Source of the DNA: Dicyema japonicum
Lineage: Eukaryota; Animalia; Dicyemida
DNA length: 64,000 nt
Direction of reading: 5' to 3'
Assembly: GCA_011109175.1 (NCBI GenBank)
Contig: RDEW01000072.1
Span: 62,001 to 126,000, forward strand
The translations under genes were made by a program, and so were the position numbers. Positions 1-12,153 of the stretch are shown here, one piece after another; the stretch's first letter is position 1, and each line of letters begins with the position of its first letter. The notes under the pieces are model-generated. The model saw only the letters and a list, made by a program, of their open reading frames with translations. It was not told the origin of the DNA and ran no database searches.

Positions 1-3000
1 AGCTTGTATCCGGTAAACAGCAGTATTAACGCACTTGACTTTGACTGCGATGATTATATCATCCGCATATGTCAGAACCATAGTATCGTCATTTGTAAGG
101 GAGGACATATCATTTAAGAATAGGTTGAATAGGTGTGGTGAAAGTGGAGATTTTTGAGGGACCCCATTTGGAAGGAACTTGGTCACTTATCTAGTTTTCC
201 AGCAGTTACTATTCCTCTTCTTCCATTTAAGAAATTTGCGATCCAGATTTTCAGGTAGTTTGTAATTTTTGACGTAGACATCTTCCTTATCAAAAGCTTT
301 CTTGGAGCAGTGTCGAAAGCTTTTTCTATATCGATGGAGCATAACAAAGACTTCTGATGAGGTTTGCGCTTTAGTCCATCCTAGATGAAATTTGTAAGGC
401 ATGTAAGATGAGTTTCTGTGGAGTGTCCTTTTCTGAATCCGTGTTGAAAAAGTGCATCAGGAAGGTATGGTTTGACCCTTGACCATATTCTGTACGTTCT
501 CCACAGAGAGGACAATCGGGGAGGTGGCTCTTTTAGGTTTTGAGGGCTAGGATGGATGGACCTTCGAATTTCTTCTGTGGGATGAAACTCGTGGAGGAGT
601 AGTACTTCATAATTTTGTTTCTTGTTTTCCATTTCATCACGTGTGGCCGGGTTGTCAGCGTTAATAAAGCTTCTAAGTGTTTTTCACATTTTTGTAGGGG
701 AGTTCTGCTTGTTTAGATTGGACATGAGGTTTTTACAAACTTTCTCTTGCTTCTTTGCATTGTTCCTGATCTCTCTTTCTAATGTACGATTTCTCAATCT
801 TGTTTCCCAGGATTGTTTTTTGGAGGCTTTTTAGGTAATTTCTTTCTTTTATGAGTAGATCGGCTCTGGGGAAGACGTATTTCTTGAGGTCAGTGGCCTT
901 CTTTTAATATTAATTTTCATTTCTTCGCGTACCACTCTATTAAAATAGTGTAGTGCTTTATCGATGGAGTTGAAATTGGATAAATGAAAGTCAAGTTGAT
1001 AATAGTCGACAAAATTTGAGAACTTTTGCCAGTCGACATTTTTGTAGTCAGTAAATAAAACAGGTTTCTTTACAAATTGACACTCTTCCTTCAAACGTAA
1101 TCATAACGGGATTATGGTCACTGCTGGTCTCGTATAGCACTGTTCATTTTGTTAATATTGCGATGTTTGATAAGACAAGAGTGAGATCGGTCATTCTCTT
1201 TGTGGGGAGTCCTTGTATTGAATGTAGGGTTGTCTAATATTATCAGGTCATCCAGATTTGATAACAATTGGTTTCCTCTGACATCCAGCACACCCGTAAA
1301 TTAGAGACGGTTGAATATACTGCATGTAGAGCGAGTCCAAATTTGAGTTGAAACACCCATTATCAAGGAGTGTTTTAACAAAATTTATCTTTCGTTGTGC
1401 CGAAGAGATGACGTTGTCGATGTGCTTGCTGAAGGTCAAGAGTGGGTCGTAAGTTACGCACAGTATCTTGACCGAGTTGGTCGTGGGGATTGAGTTTTTA
1501 TTTATGGTTACACATGGAGCGGAGTTTTCAATCTTCTGTTTGTTATGAAAATTGTTGTATAAGACTTTTCGGGAATGTATGTAGAATGTTCTTAACGAGC
1601 CAACAGTTCATATCGTCCAATGAAGCTTGTATCCGGTAAACAGCAGTATTAACGCACTTGACTTTGACTGCGATGATTATATCATCCGCATATGTCAGAA
1701 TCAGAGTATCGTCATTTGTAAGGGAGGACATATCATTTAAGAATTGGTTGAATAGGTGTGGTGAAAGTGGAGATCTTTGAGGGACCCCATTTGGAAGGAA
1801 CTTGGTCACTGATCTAGTTTTCCAGCAGTTACTATTCCTCTTCTTCCATTTAAGAAATTTGCGATCCAGATTTTCAGGTAGTTTGGAATTTTTGACGTAG
1901 AGATCTTCCTTATCAAAAGCTCTCTTGGAGCAGTGTCGAAAGCTTTTTCTATATCGATGGAGCATAACAAAGACTTCTGATGAGGTTTGCGCTTTAGTCC
2001 ATCCTAGATGAAATTTGTAAGGCATGTAAGATGAGTTTCTGTGGAGTGTCCTTTTCTGAATCCGTGTTGAAAAAGTGCATCAGGAAGGTATGGTTTGACC
2101 CTTGACCATATTCTGTACGTTCTCCACAGAGAGGACAATCGGGGAGGTGGCTCTTTTAGGTTTTGAGGGCTAGGATGGATGGACCTTCGAATTTCTTCTG
2201 TGGGATGAAACTCGTGGAGGAGTAGTACTTCATAATTTTGTTTCTTGTTTTCCATTTCATCACGTGTGGCCGGGTTGTCAGCGTTAATAAAGCTTCTAAG
2301 TGTTTTTCACATTTTTGTAGGGGAGTTCTGCTTGTTTAGATTGGACATGAGGTTTTTACAAACTTTCTCTTGCTTCTTTGCATTGTTCCTGATCTCTCTT
2401 TCTAATGTACGATTTCTCAATCTTGTTTCCCAGGATTGTTTTTTGGAGGCTTTTTAGGTAATTTCTTTCTTTTATGAGTAGATCGGCTCTGGGGAAGACG
2501 TATTTCTTGAGGTCAGTGGCCTTCTTTTAATATTAATTTTCATTTCTTCGCGTACCACTCTATTAAAATAGTGTAGTGCTTTATCGATGGAGTTGAAATT
2601 GGATAAATGAAAGTCAAGTTGATAATAGTCGACAAAATTTGAGAACTTTTGCCAGTCGACATTTTTGTAGTCAGTAAATAAAACAGGTTTCTTTACAAAT
2701 TGACACTCTTCCTTCAAACGTAATCATAACGGGATTATGGTCACTGCTGGTCTCGTATAGCACTGTTCATTTTGTTAATATTGCGATGTTTGATAAGACA
2801 AGAGTGAGATCGGTCATTCTCTTTGTGGGGAGTCCTTGTATTGAATGTAGGGTTGTCTAATATTATCAGGTCATCCAGATTTGATAACAATTGGTTTCCT
2901 CTGACATCCAGCACACCCGTAAATTAGAGACGGTTGAATATACTGCATGTAGAGCGAGTCCAAATTTGAGTTGAAACACCCATTATCAAGGAGTGTTTTA

Positions 3001-4133
3001 ACAAAATTTATCTTTCGTTGTGCCGAAGAGATGACGTTGTCGATGTGCTTGCTGAAGGTCAAGAGTGGGTCGTAAGTTACGCACAGTATCTTGACCGAGT
3101 TGGTCGTGGGGATTGAGTTTTTATTTATGGTTACACATGGAGCGGAGTTTTCAATCTTCTGTTTGTTATGAAAATTGTTGTATAAGACTTTTCGGGAATG
3201 TATGTAGAATGTTCTTAACGAGCCAACAGTTCATATCGTCCAATGAAGCTTGTATCCGGTAAACAGCAGTATTAACGCACTTGACTTTGACTGCGATGAT
3301 TATATCATCCGCATATGTCAGAACCAGAGTATCCTCATTTGTAAGGAAGGACATATCATTTAAGAATAGGTTAAATAGATGTGGTGAAAGTGGAGATTAT
3401 TGAGAGACCCAATGTGGAAGGAACTTGTTCACTGATCTAGTTTTCCAGCATTTACTATTCCTCTTCTTCCACTTAAGAAATTGCGATCCAGATTTTCTTG
3501 TAGTTTGGAATTTTTGACGTAGAGATCTTCCTTATCAAAAGCTTTCTTGGAGCAGTGTCGAAAGCTTTTTCTATATCGATGGAGCATAACAAAGACTTCT
3601 GATGAGGTTTGCGCTTTAGTCCATCCTAGGTGAAATTTGTAAGGCATGTAAGATGCGTTTCTGTGGAGTGTCCTTTTCTGAATCGTGTTAAAAAAGTGCA
3701 TCAGGAAGGTATGGTTTGACCCTTGACATATTCTGTACGTTCTCCACAGATAGGACAATCGGGGAGGTGGCTCTTTTAGGTTTGAGGGCTACGATGGATC
3801 GACCTCGAATTTCTTCTGAGGGATGAAACTCGTGGAGGAGTAGTACTTCATAATTTTGTTTTTTGTTTTCCATTTCTTCACGTGTGGCCGGATTGTCAGT
3901 GTTAATAAAGCTTCTAAGTGTTTTTCACATTTTTGTAGGGGAGTTCTGCTTGTTTAGATTGGACATGAGGTTTTTACAAACTTTCTCTTGCTTCTTTGGC
4001 ATTGTTCCTGATCTCTCTTTCTAATGTACGAATTCTCAATCTTGTTTCCCAGGATTGTTTTTTGGAGGCTTTTTAGGTAATTTCTTTCTTTTATGAGTTG
4101 ATCGGCTCTGGGGGGGAAGACGTATTTCTTGAG
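1..4133 (-). repeat. Tandem array (~2.5 copies, 1623-bp period) of an internally deleted APE-RT LINE segment
   Basis: agcttgtatccggtaaacagc recurs at 1, 1624 and 3247. ORF translations repeat identically 1623 bp apart (381..632 = 2004..2255; 849..1094 = 2472..2717). The unit holds the APE end (DLTL..SDHNP), RT motifs (QHGFRKG, GVPQRSPLSPHLFN, TYADD) and thumb. Copy 3 is more diverged. Confidence 0.93.
1543..2025 (-). pseudogene. LINE reverse transcriptase fragment (frameshifted)
   Basis: PNGVPQRSPLSPHLFN and LTYADDIIIA motifs in the ORF; neighbouring RT motifs lie in other frames. Confidence 0.9.
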
Positions 4134-4907
4134 TTCAAAATGACGTTAAAACCACATGACGTTAAAATTTCACTTAATGTGAAATTACAATTTGCTGATA
4201 TTAATTTAATCAAGGTATTATTTTTTAAAATTAATTTAGACAAAGTCTCTTATTTCTGCTATTATTTCGAAATGACCTTTATTTTGTTGAATATTGGCAG
4301 GAAAGAATTACTCCAATTTCCACGTCTCAACGGTCTTAAAGACTTTCTTTCTCAAGATAAATTCGAAATTTATATTGAACATTTGATCACTCTTCAATAA
4401 GATATGAAGGGACGTTTCAAAGATTTATGTCAACTCAAAGTTCCAGATTGGGTAATAGACGCCTTTCAGAATGTAGATGACTTTGAATCTTGTAGTCAAG
4501 AAGAACTAATTATGTTAAAAAAAACGATTTTGAAATTAAACCCACTTATAAACACTTGTCGTATCAAGATTTTTGGTTACAAAAAGATATTCCTGAAAAA
4601 TATTTATGGAAAAAATCAAAATTGTTTTTTATTGCTTTCCCTACTTCTTATTTGATTGAGAGAGGCTTCCTACCAAAAGGAGAAACCGTTTGGGCATTGT
4701 TGAAAGAGGAGATCTACGAATTAGGCTTACAAACATGAACTTAAATATTGAGAATCTTGTGTCTAACTTTTTGCAACATCATTGTTCAGATTAATTATTA
4801 AATTTTTTTTATTTCCAACTCGTTACCATATAGGTTTTCCCGGTGGGCGATATTTTTTAAAAGTTTGTTAAAGGGAACGATGACCTGAATAAGTTTGGGA
4901 ACCCTTG
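4134..4907 (+). mobile_element. Buster/Charlie-type hAT transposon, 3' half with right TIR
   Basis: Transposase C-terminus (ELLQFPRL, RFKDL..VPDWV, FPTSYLIERGF). TIR aagtttgggaacccttg at 4891-4907 is followed by gactacat, which has TA at positions 4-5. A 25-nt GT-AG intron at 4215-4239. Confidence 0.85.
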
Positions 4908-5034
4908 GACTACATCGTCCGCAGTGGAACGATCATTTTCGATTCTTAACAAAATCTTATCCAAGGATAGGAATTTTAAACCGGATAATGTAAAATATTA
5001 CTTAATTGTGAATAACTCGATAAACGATAATTAA
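4908..5034 (+). pseudogene. C-terminal fragment of a second hAT-like transposase
   Basis: Reads TSSAVERSFSILNKILSKDRNFKPDNVKYYLIV, resembling the hAT dimerisation-domain motif, directly after the Buster TIR. Confidence 0.6.
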
Positions 5035-5194
5035 AATTACTTTAAATTTTCATAAGCGTTGTTTATATAAGAAAATAAAGTTGTAACTAGTATTTTTAGG
5101 TCAATTTTTAAAATTTTAAGATCATTAAATTGACTTTTTAAGGTCAATTTTTATTTTTTTAGTCAATAAAAATGTTGCCCTACTTATTACTAAC

Positions 5195-6420
5195 CATTGT
5201 TGGAGAAAACAGCAAAGACCTCTCTAGAAGACCTGAAGATAGCAATAAGAGCTGTCAAGAATAAAGGTCCGGGTAGTAATTTCATCAAATATTGGATGTT
5301 CAAAGAAGGCTTAGAAATTTTATTCGTAGTTCTCAAAGATATGTTCAACGCATGCATCAAAATTAGTCATGTTCCACACGAATGAAAGAAGACTATTGTA
5401 CGGATGGTAGCATAGACAGAGAGACCGAAGAATGATCCTGCTAACTACCGTCCGATCAGTCTAATTCGGTCAATTTCTAAAATTATGGAAAAATTGTCTT
5501 CTGGAAAAATAAGACAGTTGAAAAAAAGACTATCTCAGGAATGATCAATTGGATTTTCTCCCAACACGGTCATGCGGTGATTGCTTATTTCATTTCTACT
5601 CCGAGTTATGCAAAGCCAGAGAATCCAAATGTTTCCTGAATGCCATATGTCTCGAAATGTTTCCTGTATATTAACCACAGAGCCATAATCGGTCAGTTAT
5701 CTCGGATGGGAAACCCAAAAGAACTAGTGAATTGGGTGAAAGTGTACCTAAAGGAAGAAACTCCTATGTTAGATTCGGACGCTATTTTTTAAATATGATA
5801 TTATTGAAGAGAGGAATCCCACAAGGATCAATTTTGAGCCCTCTATTGTTTAATGTTCTAATGGCCAGTTTCCCGTCTCCGAGTACACAAAGTACGAGAT
5901 AACTGATATATGCAGACCACGTCCAACTGTCTGATGTATCGAAATCGAGCATGGTCTCAGAGAGGAGACTTAATGTGTACATGGAAGAGATAAAAGACTG
6001 GTGCGATCTTCATTGGTTAAAACTGTCAGAAAAAGATCTAACGCAACGAGGTTCTTCTGTTGGAATGGTAAAAAAATAAAAAAGGCTCCGTATGCGGAAT
6101 CAACATTGTGAGCTCCCTGAAGTATCTTGGAACAGCTTTTGAGAAATTTGTGAGCATATTGTGCGATTTAAATTCAAGAGGTCTAGGAGATCTTGTGCAA
6201 TCAAAAAAGACATTATTTGTCAAGTGGTAGATGACTGCAATGCGCTCAAAATAGTGTGAAAAGTTCATAGATATAAAGGGATTCCTGGATTCAATACTGT
6301 CGTGGAAAAATGTTTCAAGACAATTCTGAACCATATAGTAAAAGTTTTTTGTCTCTAATTTTACTAAAGATGAGCTCGAATTTAATTTTTCGAGGGTCAA
6401 TTTGAATTCACACCTGTGGA
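5195..6420 (+). mobile_element. Decayed APE-type LINE, RT region
   Basis: PANYRPISL, RGIPQGSILSPLLFN, IYAD and KYLG in broken frames; similar to the element at 24.5-26.8 kb. Confidence 0.85.
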
Positions 6421-8337
6421 GATCCTGTCACGATTATTGAAAAATTTGGTACTTCCTCCTTTTTAAATCTTCAACAGTGCTCGCTTCGGAAATCGCAAGA
6501 AATTACAAGACTGACTAGTTTTCTAGCCGATCTCCGTTGAGACGTCTAACATTATTCACTCTAGCACGTCTGAGTTTATCAGGTCAATCGTACGGCTTGC
6601 GGAAAAGCGGAAGGGTGAACCTAGAATGACGCGATGGTTTTTCCAGAACGTTGGGCTTACGATTATAAGAGGTAGCTCCCATTGCGTATTTCCATATTGT
6701 TTTTGAGACATTACCAGCACTTAAAAACTAGAAAATGCAGACGACCTAGACTTCATCCGAAAAATCGCCTTCTCAAGGAAAGCGTGGAGGAATCTAACGT
6801 GTAAAATTGTCCACGGTGTTGCAGAAGCGACTAGATAACTTTCTTTTAGTTGCGTATTGCAAAATAATAACTCCCATTACGTTATCAATGCCTCCAGGCC
6901 ATAATGAACAAATAACCGACAAATAATTGCAAAATTGGAAAACAATTTTATCCATGTTGACAATCTGCGAAGAAAATTCATTCTATATGGCTTAAAAAGA
7001 GATAACAAAGATTACTTACCTAAACTGGGAAATAAAGCTTCAAAACACACAAAAAATAAAAAATCCATCATATAAATAACTCTTAGTCAATTGTTACAGA
7101 GTACAGGAACTGTTCAAGAATTGAGTAATATTTCAAAGCGTCATTACGAAATGAGGAGTCTTCGTTCTAAGAAAGTTAACAAGAAAATCATATACACAAA
7201 TCTTCAGACAGAAACTGAACCGGCGATGCTAGTTGAGCAGTGATACTTGGCGGAAAAGTCCCATGTGTCAACATTCTTATCTACAGACAAATATTTGAGC
7301 ATCTGAGCAGCGTTCTCAGGAGACATCGTCAACTCAGGAACTAGAGGTCTCATCTGCTCACAACCAATCCCTTACCAAGCACAGAATAGGATGGAAAAGG
7401 GACCAAAATGACATTGGCATTATTCCCAAGGTCATCGGCGTCACAACCATTCCAGGATTTCCAACAACAGAAAATATGTTCTAAGAATGCGATTCAGTGA
7501 AAAACCAACATGGGATTCACGGAAATGCAAGTTAATAGCGGTACTCAATAGGTCCACGGCATATTTGGAGGCGGAGTACGGTTGTCGGCTGAAAATATTA
7601 CTTAAACCAACGTGTTTTCAAATTGGATGTCGTTGAAAGCAAATTCACTTTTGTTGGCATTCGAAGAAGATGTCCAGACTATTCTCGAAAGTTCATCTCC
7701 TCCCATGAGATCCACAAGGGAAAGGATTAGCTGAAAATGACCAAAAACGTTTGTGGCAAAATTCCCGCATACCGTCGGATGTTAACCGGTCTTCCTGACA
7801 GAGGAGACCGTGGCCAGTCGAAAACATGTTAAAAACGTCACTTTTTAATAAAATAGAGTTACCGAGAAAATAAAGTTTTAAAAAAGTAGCTCCATACAAC
7901 ATGACAAGTTCCCATGACTCCGGCGTTACAAATAAGAACATCCACGTGCCCAAGTCTAGGGAATGATCATAAGATACTTTTGCTTTATTTCTGAGATGCT
8001 TTCAGAATTGAATTAAGTGAACTAATATCCATTAAAATGAGATCAAAGTAGCAGTTTGAAAATTTTTCTTTTAACGAATTGAGGGCCTGGAGACCACGAG
8101 CCTCATTTCTGCAAGCCAATATTAAATGCAAAGGAGAGCATGTATCAGAAAGAAGTTCTGCAGTTGAATAACCAATTCCACTTAATTTTAATTAATTTAC
8201 TTTACCTGTTTGCTCCTGTTATTACTACCCTCATTAAAAACGCACTTTGAAATGACATTTATTTATTTAAATTTATTAAATAACTCTAAATCATAAATTA
8301 AGTATATATTGTAGCTATTATATTTCTACCATCCTAC

Positions 8338-9370
8338 CCTAGTTAGTTAGTTAGTTAAGTAACCCCAGCCTCACTAACTTGTAGAAGGCCAGCAGCTATT
8401 AAGTAGGACGCAGCAGATGTTGGTCTTTTTCATAGATCGGTCAGTTCCGGCATTGTGGAGAAACGTTGTGCCAATTCATGACATTGAAATAGGTGATTTG
8501 TTGTAAGCACGTGGAGCTTTCAAAAGGGGCAGAGTATATCATATATGGGTGGTGCCCACATCGTAGACGAGACAGGTCTACTGTATGAATATTTTCGATA
8601 ATTTCCTTAGTGAAAGAATTGAATTATGGTCCGAGTGTAGGTCATATACAATTCTCTCAAGATATCGCCGAAGATAGTGATGGAGAACATAGTGTGAGGT
8701 CAGGTGATGTATTAGAGTGTCCAGGTCTGGAAACTGTTCGAGTGTGTGATTTCCTGTCATTGAGGATAACTAATTGTTCTAGTTGAGAGAGGACTGAAAC
8801 CCCCTCTCGTTACTCTTTTAACAATTGAGTAGTCTTTGTAGTGTGGAAGCGATGAGTTTCTTAATAGTTTCGTTTCCTGTAGCATGGCAATATTAATTTT
8901 TGTGGGAAGTAGAAATGCAAACGTTCATTTGATTTGTGTGTGAGGCCGTTTATGTTGAATTGCATGATATTGAGAAATTTCCCGTTCTTATAGGGGCCGG
9001 GATTCTGTTCGATGTCCCCAGCAAGGATTAGGAGTAGCCAATCCGATCTTTGGGAGCGAAAGCTACGCGCCCGCTCAATAGCCGCCATCATCCAGTCCGA
9101 ATTCCCAGAGGTCGTTGAAAAAGCTGACAGGGGAATAATTGTGGTTCTTTTAGTTGCCAGATTGATGCTGGTATCCAATTTTCTCCGCGTGAAGGTGAAC
9201 CACATCGAAAACTGACCAACTAACTACCTTCATCAATTCAATGTCGAAGTCTTCATTACAAAGGAATGGCCGCGGATTCTTCAGGTTCTGCCAAAAACAA
9301 GATAATCCACTATATTCAGCTGTGGTGCTATCTGAAAATGAACTAACTTTCCTCAGACATCCGTCTCCCA
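8338..9370 (-). mobile_element. Internally deleted LINE: 2A-like peptide, APE start and end, CCHC C-terminus, (TAAC)n tail
   Basis: LLLILAGDIEQNPGP, then LNIMQFNING (APE start) and SDHNSIL (APE end), then CPF..HLFQC..AGVT* running into taactaactaact. No RT between APE and the C-terminus. Confidence 0.85.
8993..9055 (-). other. 2A/StopGo-like ribosome-skipping motif (RSQRSDWLLLILAGDIEQNPGP)
   Basis: Exact D(V/I)ExNPGP consensus; GDIEQNPGP codons at 8993-9019 in ORF 8861..9205, in frame with the APE start. Confidence 0.85.
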
Positions 9371-9439
9371 TCGAAATCCTGTGTAGTCACAAGCGCTGAC
9401 ACTTCCTGGGAGGTGGTGCCTCATCTACCCGGAAGAAAC

Positions 9440-12005
9440 CCCTAGCCCACCGCAAGAAACGGACCACGGTTCTACAACTAAATGTCAACGGAGTAAGGAG
9501 AAAATATTGGAAATGCGCTCTCTCCTGCTGGAACTGAAGATCGACGTGGCTTTGATTCAAGAGACGAAATTTCCTATAAACTGTCCTACCCAGGTGTTCC
9601 CTGGATACAAGTCAATACGGACTGACCAGAAGGGGAAGCAGGGTGGTGGCCTAATCATTTTATATCGGAAAGACCTTAAATGTGTGGACATCACTTTAGT
9701 GGCGAAGAATATCTTGGGAGACGATAATGTTACTGAAGTCAATGCAGTCTCACTTGGAACAATGTGCCCCCACTTGGTTCTTGGTCGAATTTATCTACTT
9801 TGGCTTCCTTGAACGATGTGATCATTGGTGGGGATATCAACGCCAAACACCCTCTATAGCTGGAAGTCAACCGTCCGATTCAAGAAGAAGAGTAATACTT
9901 TCGCAGACATGACCTTTCACGGTCATGAATGACCCGTCGAAACATACGAGAACCCCCTTCAGGGAGTCAGACCAACTAACTTCTCCAGACATCACGCTTT
10001 GTTCTCCCAGCCTGGCGGCAATATCAACCTGGTCAGTCACTAACAATTCAATAAGTGATCACAAAACTATCCTTTCGAAGATCAAGAGAGAAACGTTAAC
10101 TAGGATGAGGTCCTCAGAACAATTCAACTACAAACGAGCATAATGAATGCTTTACCGTACACTTACTGACAACCTACTGTAGTACCTGTATGACATTACG
10201 TCCTTGTAAAAAGTAGTCGCTTATATTAAGCCGCAATATCTTGGATGCGAGATCATATCTGTACCTAAACACCACCCTAACTACGCCAGGGGATATGGCA
10301 GGGCGGCATTAATCAAGGAAAAAACGAACTCAAAAAGTCTGGCCGATTAACTACTGAAGATAAGCTTAGATTGAACTAAAAAACAAGGAGGTAAAAGCAC
10401 AAATATCGAGATGTAAGCATGTGTTCTCCTCGTTGAATAGAAATAGGCCCACTACTGAAATTTGGAAGACCATCTGAGACGCCTCAATAGATGATGAAAG
10501 ATCGTTAGGTGGATCACAGCCAAAATGACTTAAATAACTTAATAAAATACAACGTACAATATGTGTAAATATCCAATAAGGACCATACGAAGTCGGATGT
10601 ACCCCCGAAATATCTCAGTAAACCGAAAAAGGAACAGGATGTGATTCACTTCACTGAAAACGACGTGAGAAATGTATTTAAACCCATTAAAACAACCTAT
10701 TCTAATGGACCAGATAAGAAACAAAATGATATTTTTAAAGAATCTTGGGGACTTTAGACTCGCTGTATTAACAAGGATATTAAAACACTCAATTAACAAA
10801 AATTCTATTCCAGCTTTATGAAAGCTTGCCCACCTACGTCCAATTTTGAAACTCGGAAAAGTGAAAAAGGACCCGGCTACATACAGCGTTATTTTGTTCC
10901 GTTTCGAAAATTCTGGAAAGGCTGGTTCTTGCGAAAATCAAAAATTTTCTCCCGGATTTGTCATTTCAACATGGTTTTAAAAAGGAGAAGTCTACTTCGA
11001 CCCACTTATCTGCATTGACTAACTTTATAAGATATGGTTTCTCGCACAGCCCGGGACACATGAAGACTGTACTTTGTTCCATAGACGTCCACAAAGCTTT
11101 TGACTCTGTGTCAAGAAGGATTCTTACTTGGAAAATTTACCAAACAAAGATACCTGGAAAGCTCCAACTCTGACTATCTAATTTCCTTAGTGGTCGGAGG
11201 GGACGCGTCTGCATTGGCCAGTCAAGGTCTATTTCACGGCTTTCCCTAATGGGGTTCCCCAAGGATTCCCTTTGTCTCCAGTTTTATTCAACCTATTCAT
11301 GGCGGACCTCCCCACTCCAGACTCCGAAAATGATATTATTCTGACTTATGCCGACGACATCGTCATTGCGTCACGCGATCAGGACATCCAGATTGCCACT
11401 TCGAGATTGCAAGAAAATTTGGACCGTCTTGACAAATGGCTATCGAAGAATCAACTAACTACAAGCAGTGAAAAGTCAGTCACAACCCTATTTACTTTAG
11501 ATAAAAGACTGGGAAGACGGACGGTCGAACTGAAGGCAAACTATGAAGCTATTCCTTTCGAAAATCCCAAAGGATCCTTGGGATGACTTTTGACATGCAT
11601 GTCATTCTCGCCCTATGTTGAAAACGTAATTACGAAATGCAAAAAGAAAACTAGTGTTCTGAAATCCCTCACAGGGTTATGGAAGATCGAAAAGCATTCT
11701 GTTTTGAGCACTGTATATAAACGATTCATTGAACCATGCATCTCTTATGCACGTGGTATATGGGGCCCACTCATCTCTTGGACGAATGTCTTGAAGATCG
11801 AGGCTACCCGGAAAAGAGCCTCCAAAACACGGAACGCTAAATTTCTGGAGAGCTCCAGCCACCAATGCCTCTTGAAGCCTTGAAGAGAATGAACCATGGA
11901 CAAACTTCCTTATCGCCTCGTAACTAATAAAACTCGCGTTCCAGATCTTCTGACATGAATGGACTGGATGGTGAATTAAAGAAACATCGAACACGATTAG
12001 TTATA
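9440..12005 (+). mobile_element. Near full-length decayed APE-RT LINE (Jockey/I-like)
   Basis: APE: VLQLNVNG, ALIQETK, GGGL, SPDITL, SDHKTI. RT: QHGFK, DVHKAFDSV, GVPQGFPLSPVLFN, TYADD. Many stops and frameshifts. Confidence 0.9.
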
Positions 12006-12153
12006 ATTCGAATCTCTCGTAAATTTTAATAAAGAAGCATAAACACAAAGGAACATAGTCAATTTTAAAATTTTCGTTGACATCATTAATTATTGAATTA
12101 TGTTATTATAATCGTAAAATTTCACAGTAAATAATAAATATAAAGAATATTAA

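Noticed and set aside
622-834. Short antisense ORFs over LINE and Dong elements (this one and many similar)
   Set aside because: Shadow frames of TE coding sequence.
7190-7960. GC-richer segment with short ORFs
   Set aside because: No recognisable motif in the frames examined; probably TE debris but cannot be supported.
9425-9450. Second 2A-like motif (PEETPSP) before the plus-strand APE
   Set aside because: Lacks D, N and G of the consensus and is out of frame with the APE.
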